A DNA stretch of 63,584 nucleotides, filler included, from Actinomycetota bacterium (GCA_009886115.1; 3 parts of 3 records of this genome joined end to end with filler, not necessarily neighbours in it), one strand, 5' to 3'. Positions 31,671-41,178 are shown, counted from the whole stretch's first letter. Notes: generated from the sequence alone by a model not told the origin. Program-made: numbers and translations.

Positions 31671-33442
31671 GACGGCGGGCTCCCCACCGAGACGTTCACC
31701 GTGACCGGAGCGCTCGTCCCGGCGTGGTTCGATGCCGTCACCTCGAACCAGTACGCCGTGTCGTTGGCCAGCGCGCCGACCACGAGCGGCGAGGACCCGC
31801 CGATCGCCGTGTGGGCGCCGGAGACGGGAGCGACCTCGCGCACCAAGAACGTGGGGTTGATGCCGCTGTCGGCGCCCGGTGTGAACGAGATCGTCGCCTG
31901 ACCGACGCCCGCGGTCACGCTCGCTGTCGCCGTGACCCCGGAGGGCGGGGCCGGCGCCGGGCCCGTGACGGGCACGGAGATGGCGAACATGTGCTGAGAG
32001 AGCACCCCCGAGGCCGTCGGCGGGGCCAACGCGAAGGGGAACGCCGTCAGCGCCCGGGGCGCCGGGCCGGGGCCCGTCCCCGGGAACAGCACCGAGTTGT
32101 AGTCGGTGAGGAACCGGCCCTGGGAGGCCTGCACCAGCCAGTCGGAGTTGGTGGGCGTGGGGGTGAGCGTGGTGGTTCGACCCCAGGTGGTTCCGCCGTC
32201 GAGCGAGATCGACAGGCCGGCGTACACCGGGCAGGCCGAGGTGCACGACACGGCCGGGGAGGAGAAGTACACGAGGCCCAGCCGGCCGGTGGCTCCCGAG
32301 GTGCGGGGGTCGAAGCCGATCCCCACGTCGAAGTGATCGTTCGTGCCGATCTGGGCCTTGGGGTCGACGTCGACGGGAGCGGGCGGCGTCCACGTGACTC
32401 CGTCGAGCGAGCTCGTGAGGTAGGGGTCGTTCCGGGTGCAGGCCGACGGGTTGCAGCCGTGCCAGGCCACGAAGATCCGCCCGGTCCCGGGGTCGATCGT
32501 CACCGACGGCTTCGACTGTGACCGCATGGGTCGAACCCAGCGCGTGGTGACGCTGGCGATCGTGGTCGGGTTGGTGGTCCACGACAGGGTCGAGCCGTTG
32601 TCGGTGAGGACCGAGGCCCGGACCTGCCCCGTCGTGTTGGCGTTGGATCCGAAGGCCGTGTTGGTCGAGACCACCACGACGTTGCCGTTCGGGAGCCCGA
32701 CCGGAACGCTGTCGTAGCCGGAGGCGTTGGCCGATGGCCCGACCGGCGTCGTCCAGGTCGTCCCGCCGTCGGTGGACATCGTGACCCGCAGCAGGTTGCC
32801 GACGTCCTGCGAGTAGGAGATGTAGCAGTGCCCGTAGCTCGGATTGGGGGTGTTGTCGGGCCTCGTGGCGATGTTGTTGCAGGCGATCCAGGTCTTGTCG
32901 GGAGCGCCCACGGTCACCGCGTCGACCCGGGGCCGCGCAGCGGTGTTCCAGGTGGTGCCGTTGGTCGAGCGGCTCACGGTCGCAGCGACGTAGTTGAGAC
33001 CGGTGTTCTGCGCTGCGCCGACGGCGAGCCACACGTCGTGGGCCGCGTCGTAGGCCACGGCGGCATCGGTGATCCGGTGATGGGGCCCGCCCGACACGGG
33101 CGACGACGTGAGGTTGGGCATGATCCCGCTCGTCCAGGTCGCGCCCCCGTTCGTGGACGTCGCCCAGCCCATGTACAGGGCGCAGCTGCACCCGTCGGCC
33201 CGAGCCACCTGGTACACAGACACGATCGTGTCACCCCAGGCCGCCTGGTGGTTGTCGGCGGTGGAGGCGTGCTGCGCGCCCGTCTGGGACGACGGGTCGG
33301 TGGCGATCTGCTGCAGCTGGGCACCCGCGCTCGCCCGGTCGAGGTCGCGGACGCCGCCGATGTCGCCGATGTCGAACGTCGCCACGGCACTGATCAGCAG
33401 TCCGAGTGCGATCGGCAGGCACAGGATGGGAAGGCGACGCAC
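31671..33442 (-). CDS. Secreted Asp-box (sialidase/BNR-like) beta-propeller protein with Fn3 domain, 3' truncated by the contig end
   Basis: GGGAG RBS before GTG 33442; hydrophobic signal; repeated STxGGxTW / SLDGxTW Asp boxes; Fn3 (YWFEVTASNHAGTS). Confidence 0.75.
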
Positions 33443-33619
33443 GGGGCTCCCGGCGTTCGAAGGGACGGACCCGTCGAGCCTGCCATCCTCGATGGCCCCG
33501 GGGCGCTCCGGGTCGCAGAACATTCGCCCGATTTGAGCGGTATCGCCGTCTACGAACGACCTGGGGAAAACCCCCACCCGCCCGCGCGGCTCGACCCTCA
33601 GCGCCCGGAGGGGGCGGGA

Positions 33620-34423
33620 CTACACGATGGTCCAACCGCCGTCGACGCTGATCACCTGTCCCGTGACGAAGCTCGACGCTGACGACGCGAGGAACACGAG
33701 CACACCGTCGAGCTCGTCGGCCGCCCCCGCCCGGCCCATCGGGGTCTGCGCCGCGATGTAGGCCTGCGAGCTCTCGTGGCGATCGCCGTGGAACATGTCC
33801 CGGGTCATCTCCGACTCGAACCACCCGGGGGCGATGGCGTTCACCCGCACGCCCTTGCGGGCCCACTGGGCTGCCAGCTCGCGTGTGAGGCCGACGATGC
33901 CGTGCTTGGATGCGGCGTAGCTGGCCTGCGGGATGCGACCGCTGGCGACGAGACCCACGAGCGACGCGATGTTCACGACCACGCCACCGGTTCCGTCGGG
34001 CCGTTCGATCATGTGCCGGGCCGCCTCCCGAGCGAGCACGAAGGGGACGACGAGGTTCAGCCTCACGGTGCTCTCGAAGATCTCGGTCGTCTCGTCGAGC
34101 GCCTTGGAGATGACCGTGACGCCCGCGTTGTTCACGAGCACGTCGAGGCGGCCGGCACGGTCGACGGCCGACTCGATCAACGCCTCGGGCGCGCCCGGCT
34201 CACGGAGGTCGCAGACGACGACCACGGCGTCGCGAAGCTCGGCGGCGAGCGCCTCGAGCCGATCGAGCCGACGGGCGGCGATCACGACCCGGGCGCCCGC
34301 CGCGTCGAGGACACGCGCGAACCGGGCGCCCAGACCGGAGCTGGCCCCGGTGACCACGGCCACCTTCCCATCGAGCCGGAACCGGGCGATCGGATCGAAC
34401 GGTGGGGAGCCCGGGAGAGTCAC
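33620..34423 (-). CDS. SDR oxidoreductase (gluconate 5-dehydrogenase-like)
   Basis: VTGASSGLG, NNAG, YAASK, VNAIAPG and VDGGW motifs; probable leaderless GTG 6 nt after TACGTT. Confidence 0.9.
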   Translation of the reverse strand: MTLPGSPPFDPIARFRLDGKVAVVTGASSGLGARFARVLDAAGARVVIAARRLDRLEALAAELRDAVVVVCDLREPGAPEALIESAVDRAGRLDVLVNNAGVTVISKALDETTEIFESTVRLNLVVPFVLAREAARHMIERPDGTGGVVVNIASLVGLVASGRIPQASYAASKHGIVGLTRELAAQWARKGVRVNAIAPGWFESEMTRDMFHGDRHESSQAYIAAQTPMGRAGAADELDGVLVFLASSASSFVTGQVISVDGGWTIV

Positions 34424-34439
34424 CGGGGCAACGTAGCGC

Positions 34440-35021
34440 TCAGGCCGCCGTGTCGATCGATACGTTGACGACGGAGGAGTCGTTGGCGGGGTCCGTCGAG
34501 ATCGACACCACACCCGTCGACCCGTTTCCGGTGAACGAGAACGTCACGTAGTTCGCGCCGCTGGAGGAGACCTCGGTCCGATCGTCGACCGTGTAGCCGG
34601 CGTCAGGGAGGGCATCGGCGTAGAACCCGTCGAGGTCGTCGACCGATTCGCCGCTCGCCCCGAACACGACGAAGGACTCACCGTCGCCGCTGCCGAGGGT
34701 CTGCTCGAAATCATCGGGGAACGGGAAATCGTCAGGGAAGCCGTCGGGCAGATCGCCGCCGCCGAACGAGATCGACTCGCCGTCGTCGCCCTCGATCGAG
34801 ATCTCTCCGCTGTCGCCGTCGGCGTCGAGATCGACGTTGACATCGCGGCTGTCACCCGAATCGGAGGCGGCATCCTCGATCGCATCCTCGATCGCATTCT
34901 CGACGTCCTCCGGGCTGGGATCGGCACCCAACCCGCCGAGGCCACCATCGTCGTCGCCGCCACAGCCGGCGAGCACCAGCCCGAGTGCGGCCAGGCTCAC
35001 AGCCCAGGTTCGTCCGTGCAT
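34440..35021 (-). CDS. Acidic lipoprotein of unknown function
   Basis: Lipobox LVLAGC; D/E-rich; LPDGFPDDFPFPDD...FYADALPDAGY. Confidence 0.8.
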   Translation of the reverse strand: MHGRTWAVSLAALGLVLAGCGGDDDGGLGGLGADPSPEDVENAIEDAIEDAASDSGDSRDVNVDLDADGDSGEISIEGDDGESISFGGGDLPDGFPDDFPFPDDFEQTLGSGDGESFVVFGASGESVDDLDGFYADALPDAGYTVDDRTEVSSSGANYVTFSFTGNGSTGVVSISTDPANDSSVVNVSIDTAA

Positions 35022-35177
35022 GATCGGTCCCTTCCGTAGCGCCGCGTGGTCCGAGGCTCGTTGGTCGGCAACGCTAGAGCATGCAGCGAGGCCCTGGAAC
35101 CGGCCCCACAGCCCGATCACCAACGGGCCTGCAGAGGGGGGCATCCCGAAGAATCTCGGAAAATCTTCCCGAATCGC

Positions 35178-35205
35178 TCAAGTTCCGCGAACCGCTCGCC
35201 GATTG
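35178..35205 (+). promoter_or_regulatory. Sigma28/WhiG-type promoter TCAA-N16-GCCGATTG
   Basis: TCAAGTTC 35178-35185 and GCCGATTG 35198-35205, against the consensus TAAA-N15/16-GCCGATAA. Confidence 0.6.
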
Positions 35206-35210
35206 AGATG

Positions 35211-35288
35211 ACACCCCCTCCCCCAAGGGACTGCCCACTCGGGCAGACGAAGAACCCAGGAAGCTCGCTTCCTGGGTTCTTCGTCGTT
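35211..35288 (+). ncRNA. Candidate small RNA with C-rich 5' end and three hairpins
   Basis: Sits between a sigma28-like promoter and a perfect 19-bp hairpin; reads ACACCCCCTCCCCCAAGGGA, CTGCCC-ACTC-GGGCAG, terminator; both flanking genes are on the opposite strand. Confidence 0.45.
35246..35285. terminator. Perfect 19-bp inverted repeat (probably bidirectional terminator)
   Basis: GACGAAGAACCCAGGAAGC-TC-GCTTCCTGGGTTCTTCGTC. Confidence 0.8.
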
Positions 35289-35336
35289 CCGGGGTCCTCG
35301 GCGCTGCCATCACGCACAGCCCGAGACGTCGGCACC

Positions 35337-36470
35337 TCAGGCGAGCGGGCCGAGGTACTCGAAGTGCCAGGGCTCGGGCGTGGGGCTCCAGATCCCGGCG
35401 AACTCCGGGTGATAGAAGCCGAAGAACGGACCGTGCTCGACGAGCCAGGTGAACTCAGCGCTGGCGAAGGAAATGGTCCGGCCGTCGAGGGCGACGTCGA
35501 GCGCGATCCCGTAGCCGTGGGTCGAGGTTCCCGGCTCAGCCGCCATGGCGCAGTCGCCAGCGACACACCAGGCCTCGTACACCGCCCGCTGCTCGCCGAT
35601 CGACCGGTAGCAGTCGGCGACACCGATCGTCAGGCCGTCGAGCCGGGCTGCGTCGCGCATCGCCACCCAGGCCTCAGCGGCCTGCGGCAGGAGTCGACAT
35701 CCATCGACCTCGACGAGCTTGCGCAACCGGATCTCACCGTTGCGGTGGCCGTTGCGCCGCAGGAACCGGAGCAGCTCGTCTCGAGCCTGGGGCTCGGGCG
35801 CCGTGGCGCTCGTCCCGGCCTCGGCCGCCAGCACGGCCCCGGCGAGAGCTGCCGATCCCCGCCCCCCCGGTGTGACCCCCGTCCGGTCGGCTTCCTTCGG
35901 GGCGAGCGCCCCCGCCGGGCCGGGCGCCTGCGCGGCCAGAACGTCGGTGTCGACGGGTCGGGCCGCAGGAGCCGTCGACACCAGGGTCGGATCACCCGCC
36001 CCGCCCGCCGCAGAGGCTGCCGTGGTGACCGGGGCGGCCGGGGCGGCGGGGGCAACCGGGGCGGCCGGCCGGGTGGTCGACGGGACGAACGGCCGGGTGG
36101 TCGACGGGAGCTGTCGGTTGGCCGGCATCGTCGATGGCCCACTCGAAGGCGAAGGCCGGGTCGGAGACGCCGTCGACGACGGGGCACCCGCAGGTACCGG
36201 TTTGGCTTCGCGAAGCCCAGCGGGGGACGGGCCGTCGCTCGGGCGGGGCACCAAGGCGTTCCCAGCAGGCGACGCCGCCGACGCCACCGCGTTCGGCCGG
36301 CCGGGAGTCGTGGCCCCCACCAGGAGTGCGCCCACCACCAGCGCACCGGCGACACCGACGACCGTCCGCCTCCTCCTTGGTATCGGGGTCGTCGTTCTCG
36401 ATGGCCTCGGCCCGCTCGCTCGGCGCCAGGCCGACCTGCGGCCCTCACCGGCCAGCACCGCAGGGGGCAC
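35337..36470 (-). CDS. M15 (VanY-like) D,D-/L,D-carboxypeptidase family metallopeptidase with N-terminal TM and P/T/A-rich linker
   Basis: YRSIGEQ, AAEPGTSTHGYGIALD (SxHxxGxAxD) and EPWHFEY. Start uncertain; the frame is open to 36878. Confidence 0.8.
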   Translation of the reverse strand: MPPAVLAGEGRRSAWRRASGPRPSRTTTPIPRRRRTVVGVAGALVVGALLVGATTPGRPNAVASAASPAGNALVPRPSDGPSPAGLREAKPVPAGAPSSTASPTRPSPSSGPSTMPANRQLPSTTRPFVPSTTRPAAPVAPAAPAAPVTTAASAAGGAGDPTLVSTAPAARPVDTDVLAAQAPGPAGALAPKEADRTGVTPGGRGSAALAGAVLAAEAGTSATAPEPQARDELLRFLRRNGHRNGEIRLRKLVEVDGCRLLPQAAEAWVAMRDAARLDGLTIGVADCYRSIGEQRAVYEAWCVAGDCAMAAEPGTSTHGYGIALDVALDGRTISFASAEFTWLVEHGPFFGFYHPEFAGIWSPTPEPWHFEYLGPLA

Positions 36471-37056
36471 GTCCCTCAGCGGATGGCAGCCACGAACGGC
36501 CGCCGGGTCGACGTCGCGCGACAACCCAGCCGCGGCCGGTGGGCTCTCGGGCGACGGCCCCGACGAAGCGTGGACATCACGCCACCGATCGCCGGCCAGA
36601 ACCACGAGCTTGGTGCACACACCGGCGGTCCGCACGCCGAGGGCAAGGAGCGGGGCCGAGAGCTCGAGATCGCTCCCTGGCCAGGCGGTGGGCGGTCGCG
36701 AATCGTCGCTGGAGTTCGAGGCGACGGTCGCCGCAGCCCGCACGGCGTCCGAGGCCATGGGCGCCGGCATCCCTTCGCCGAACAGGACGGAATGGGCCCG
36801 CTGCTCGGCCCGACACGACAGGCACCGACACCGTTCGGACAGCGAATCGTCGGCGGCCCGCCGGCCCTCGAGCAGCACATGGGCCTATCGACCCAGGCGC
36901 GCCGCCCCATGAACCGGCCCGGCAGGTTGGGCCCGCCGTGCACCGGAACGTCCGGATCGCCCCGACATGCCCGACCGCTCGGGTCCGGCGGTCACTCGGC
37001 CGTGGCGCCAGGACCCTCCGTCGGGAGCGAGCCCAGGAGCCCGCTCCCGTCGGAGG

Positions 37057-40000
37057 TCATGTGCCCTGAGCGGCGACGGACACGATCGGCCGGTCGGGCG
37101 GGCTGTCACCCAACGAGCCCAGGAAGGGCTGGTTCGAGAAGCTGAAGATGCCCCCGTCCTCGCCGACCATGAGGTAGCCGTTGCCGTAGCGCACCATGCC
37201 GGTGATGGGCCGGTTGAGCGACTGGCCGGCCTTGAGCACGCCGGGGATGGAACCCACGAACCCTGCGTCACCGAAGGCGAAGATGCCACCGTCGGAGGCG
37301 ACGAGCCAGTAGCCGAGGCCCGTCGCCGTGGGGACCAACGACTGCACGGGGGCGTTGAGGCGCTGGCCGCCCATCGAGCCGAAGAACTTGGCGTCACCGA
37401 AGGCGAAGATGCCACCGTCGGAGCCCACCATGAAGTACCCGTTGCCCGAGGGGGTGGGGATGGAGTCGAGCACCGGTCCGTTGAGCGGCGTGCCCGACAT
37501 GTCGCCCCGGTGCACGGCATCGCCCTTGGCGATCGCCCGTCCCCGGTTGGTGAAGATCCAGTAGCCGTTACCCGAGGGCGTCGACGAGATGGCCGTGGCC
37601 CGTTCCCCGTCGGCCAGTTGGGCCAGGCTCAGACCGGCGTTGCCGAGGTCGGCTCGGGCGGTGCCCTTGGCGTACACGGTGCCGTTGGAATCGACGATCC
37701 AGTAGCCGCCGAAGCCGGGAATCGGCTCGAGGTCGACAGCGGTGACCCCGGCGGCGGCCAGACCGCGCACCACGTTCTCGACGCCGCCGTGCGCCGCCGC
37801 GGCGCCGAAGTTGAACACCCGGCCGTCGCTGGCGATCATCCAGTAGCCGGGCGCGGCGGCCTGGCCCGCCGGCGGCGGTGTCGTGCCTCCGCCACCTCCG
37901 CCGATGGTGACCGACGCCGGGCTGGACGGCGGCCCGTCGCCCACGGCGTTGGTGGCCCGCACCGTGATGCTGTGCACACCCGGGGCCAGGTTGGCCACGC
38001 TGATGGGCGAACCCGAACCGGTGGCCACCTGCGTGACCCCGTCGAACACCTTGTACCCGGTGATGGGCGTGTCGCCGTCGAACTCGGGGGCGGTGAAGCC
38101 CACGGAGACCGTGGTGCCTGAGGCTGTGGCCGTGACGGCGGTGGGCGTACTGGGCACGTCGAACGTGGTGGCCTCGGCCGTGGTGGCGATCCCCGTGCCG
38201 ACTCCGTTCCGGGCGGCGACCGCCAGGGTGTAGGTGGTCCCGGCGGGGAGCCCGGTGATCACCGTGGTCAGGCCCGGAGCGGCTACGGACACGGTGCCAC
38301 CGGGCAGCGCCGGGGTCGCCGTGATGTCGTAGAAGGTGACCGGGTTCCCCGTGGGGTTGGGAACCGCCGACCAGACCAGCGTGATCGTGCCGATGTCCCC
38401 GGTGGCGGTGACCGTGGCCGGGGCGTTGGGGACGGGCAGCATGACCGCGGTGACCGTCCGGGTCGTCGAGACTGCGCCGGCGCCCACAGCGTTCACCGGG
38501 GTCACGGTGAAGGCGTACGTTGCGCCGGGCTCGAGGTTGTCGACGACGAGCGACGTCAACTGGCCCCCGAAGTCGGGCACGACCGTGGTGGCGCTGGGGT
38601 CGGCAGGCCCCGGCAGCGTCTTGCGGTATGTGACCCGCCATCCCGTGATCGGGACACCGCCACCGTCGTTGGGCGGGGTGAACCGGAGCGTGGCCTGGGC
38701 CGTGCCCCCCGCGCTAGCCGTGGCCGTGAGGTTGCTCACGCCGAGCGGCGGCACGGTGGCCACGGGGGTCACGCTGGTGTCGACCGTGGCCGTGTAGAGG
38801 CGCTCGTTCAGCGTGGTGCCGGTGGGGGCGATGGCGTGGGGGAAGACCGCCGTGGCCCTGGTGGCGGTGGTGAAGCCGACCCCGAGGTAGTCGCTGGCGT
38901 AGCGGGCGGTGCCGAGCTGCTGTGCCGCGAGCCACCCGGGCTGGGCGGGCGACGCGTTGAGGGTGGTGACGGCGCTCCACGACGAGCCGCCGTTGGCCGA
39001 CGAGGACAGGCCCACGTTGATCTGGCAGTTCGTAGGCGACTTCCCGGTGCCGTTGCCGCAGGTGGCGTCGATGGGCTGCCAGTAGAACACCACGGCCAGA
39101 CGGGCGCTGGCGCCTGAGGTGCTGGGCTCGACGGCCAGCCCGGAGGCGAACACGTCGGCGGTGGCGAAGGCGTCGGCCGCGGGGGCCGGCGAGGCGAGCG
39201 GGAGCGCCGTGAAGGCACCCCACGAGACGCCGCCGTTGGTGGACGTGGCCAGGTTCATGCGACTGCGCGAGCACGTCCCGGCTCCAGCGCAGCCATGGCC
39301 GACGACGTAGATCCGGCCGCTGGCGTCGCTCTCGGCGTTGGGCTTGGTGAACTCACGGATCGCCGGCACCGAGTGCCGGGTCAGGGTTCCAATGGTGACC
39401 TCAGCGCCCCAGGTAGCCCCGTTGTCGCTCGAGCGGTGGCTGATGTACCGGAGGGCGGTGCCCGTGGCCGGGCCGACGGTGGCCACCACGGCCACGGCGC
39501 CGTCGGGCAGGGGGACGGGCTGGGCGTTGTACCGGGAGGTCGTCGAGGTCGGATCGCCACCCGTCGAGACCGGTACCGGGGTGCCGAAGGTGGAGAAGGC
39601 GTCGGCGCTGGTGACGATGTGCACGTTCTTGTTCCGCTGCACGCTGGCGGTGGTGGCCGTGTTCGAGAAGGCCACATAGCAGCTTCCGTAGCTGGGGCTG
39701 GTGGCGTAGTTGTTGCACGCCACCCAGGGCTTGTCGGGACCGAGCCCGGCCAGCCCCGTCATCGGCACCACCGTAGCCGGGGTCACGATGGCCTGAGCCG
39801 AGGTCCAGTTCACGCCGTTCGTGCTGGTGCTCACCACGACGGCCATGTAGGCGCCGCCGGCGGCCTTGTTCTGCACCGCCGCTGCGGCCACCCACTTCTG
39901 GTTCTTGTCGTCAAACGTCACCGACACGTCGGTGACCCGCTGCCACGTGGGATCAGACGCCGCTACGCCCGGGGTGAGGGTCGTGACCCCGGGGATGTAG

Positions 40001-40341
40001 CCGCTCGTCCAGGTCGTACCCCCGTCGCCCGAGTACGCGAATCCCATCGCGGCGGCACCGAAGCGCAGGTCGCGCCCGGCCTGGAACACCGTCACCATCT
40101 TGCCGGCCCAGGCGAAGGCGTCGGTCCCGACCTCGGTCTGGTTCTGCACCGCCGTCGACGTGACCCCGTAGGTCGTGACGGTGGAGCTCGCCACCGCCTG
40201 GGCCGCGGTCGACCCGATGGCGATGGTCGCCACGGCGCTGGCGGCCGCCGTGAGGAGCGCGGCTACCCGGAATCGGGCCCGGGACCGCCGTCGGGGCCGA
40301 ACCACCTGGGCATTCTCGACATTGGCCGTGAAACGGGGCAT
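37057..40341 (-). CDS. Large secreted protein: Asp-box propeller + three Fn3 + C-terminal GYW-DGG repeat module
   Basis: GGAGG RBS; Arg-rich signal ending AQA; Asp boxes (SGDGGTTW, SSDNGATW, STNGGVSW, SANGGSSW); three Fn3 domains (xNAVG motifs); GYWLVASDGGIFAFGDA repeats. Confidence 0.85.
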   Translation of the reverse strand: MPRFTANVENAQVVRPRRRSRARFRVAALLTAAASAVATIAIGSTAAQAVASSTVTTYGVTSTAVQNQTEVGTDAFAWAGKMVTVFQAGRDLRFGAAAMGFAYSGDGGTTWTSGYIPGVTTLTPGVAASDPTWQRVTDVSVTFDDKNQKWVAAAAVQNKAAGGAYMAVVVSTSTNGVNWTSAQAIVTPATVVPMTGLAGLGPDKPWVACNNYATSPSYGSCYVAFSNTATTASVQRNKNVHIVTSADAFSTFGTPVPVSTGGDPTSTTSRYNAQPVPLPDGAVAVVATVGPATGTALRYISHRSSDNGATWGAEVTIGTLTRHSVPAIREFTKPNAESDASGRIYVVGHGCAGAGTCSRSRMNLATSTNGGVSWGAFTALPLASPAPAADAFATADVFASGLAVEPSTSGASARLAVVFYWQPIDATCGNGTGKSPTNCQINVGLSSSANGGSSWSAVTTLNASPAQPGWLAAQQLGTARYASDYLGVGFTTATRATAVFPHAIAPTGTTLNERLYTATVDTSVTPVATVPPLGVSNLTATASAGGTAQATLRFTPPNDGGGVPITGWRVTYRKTLPGPADPSATTVVPDFGGQLTSLVVDNLEPGATYAFTVTPVNAVGAGAVSTTRTVTAVMLPVPNAPATVTATGDIGTITLVWSAVPNPTGNPVTFYDITATPALPGGTVSVAAPGLTTVITGLPAGTTYTLAVAARNGVGTGIATTAEATTFDVPSTPTAVTATASGTTVSVGFTAPEFDGDTPITGYKVFDGVTQVATGSGSPISVANLAPGVHSITVRATNAVGDGPPSSPASVTIGGGGGGTTPPPAGQAAAPGYWMIASDGRVFNFGAAAAHGGVENVVRGLAAAGVTAVDLEPIPGFGGYWIVDSNGTVYAKGTARADLGNAGLSLAQLADGERATAISSTPSGNGYWIFTNRGRAIAKGDAVHRGDMSGTPLNGPVLDSIPTPSGNGYFMVGSDGGIFAFGDAKFFGSMGGQRLNAPVQSLVPTATGLGYWLVASDGGIFAFGDAGFVGSIPGVLKAGQSLNRPITGMVRYGNGYLMVGEDGGIFSFSNQPFLGSLGDSPPDRPIVSVAAQGT

Positions 40342-40639
40342 CGTGTTCCTCCAAGGCGAGCCGCTGGTCAAGGAGGCTCCCGAGGACGTCGAAGATTCGA
40401 CGATCCTCGGATCGAGTCCCCTGCGCTGTCCTGGGGCGTGGACGGCAGCGGCTGGTGTCGACGGTACCTGGGTGAAGCCCCCCGGTATAGGTCGCGCTCT
40501 GCACGGTTCGGGCATCTCGGTGTCCCTTTTGGGGGTATCGGGGCAGCTCCCGGGTCGATCGGCCCAGGCATTTCGGGCACGGGAAACCCCCCAGGGCACC
40601 AACGGGTCCTCACCCGGACGCGCTGGTAGCGTGAAACCC

Positions 40640-41077
40640 GTGAGCCCGTCCATCCACGACACGGCCGTGCTCCGACTCCGCCGGGGCGGTCAGCGGTACA
40701 CGACGAGTCGCAGGACGCTGGTGGAGATCCTCGACGAGGCCCGCCAGCCCTTGTCGATCCCCGAGGTCGTGGGTGCACGCGGAGCGTTGGCGCAGAGCTC
40801 GGTCTATCGGAACCTCGCCGTGTTGGAACGGGCCGGCGTGGTCCGGCGCATCGTGACCACGGGCGAGTTCGCGTGTTACGAGCTCGCCGAGGACCTCACC
40901 GAGCATCACCACCACCTGATCTGCTCGGCGTGCGGCTCGGTGGCCGACTTCACCGTGGCGTCCGATCTCGAGCAACGCCTGGCTGCCGCGTTCTCGCAGG
41001 CGGCGGCCGAGCATCGGTTCTCGGTCGACGGTCATCGGCTCGACCTCGTCGGGACCTGCGCAGCCTGCACCGTGTGA
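40640..41077 (+). CDS. Fur-family metal-responsive transcriptional regulator
   Basis: SSVYRNLAVLERAGVVRR, EHHHHLICSACG, LVGTCAAC; -10 TAGCGT 7 nt before GTG. Confidence 0.9.
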   Translation: MSPSIHDTAVLRLRRGGQRYTTSRRTLVEILDEARQPLSIPEVVGARGALAQSSVYRNLAVLERAGVVRRIVTTGEFACYELAEDLTEHHHHLICSACGSVADFTVASDLEQRLAAAFSQAAAEHRFSVDGHRLDLVGTCAACTV

Positions 41078-41119
41078 CCTGCACCGTGTGACCTGCACCG
41101 TGTGACCTGCGCCGTGTGA
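41064..41119. repeat. 14-bp tandem repeat (CCTGCACCGTGTGA) x4 spanning the Fur stop codon
   Basis: Three exact copies and one single-mismatch copy. Confidence 0.9.
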
Positions 41120-41178
41120 CCGATCTGGGCCGCACGGAGACCGCACCACGACCACGACGGTGAGCGCTGCCGAGGGGG

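Noticed and set aside
35208..35340. Small peptide MTPPPPRDCPLGQTKNPGS... instead of an sRNA
   Set aside because: The ATG lies only 2 nt after the -10 box, upstream of the expected TSS; there is no RBS, and the frame runs through the terminator and antisense into the peptidase gene.
36480..37050. c-di-AMP (ydaO) riboswitch upstream of the M15 peptidase
   Set aside because: Plausible from context, but I could not find the conserved GCCGAAUCC or CCCGUCAGCUAACC-type elements on the minus strand.
41064..41119. Possible CRISPR array
   Set aside because: The 14-bp units are directly adjacent with no spacers, and no cas genes are present. The same applies to the other short arrays.
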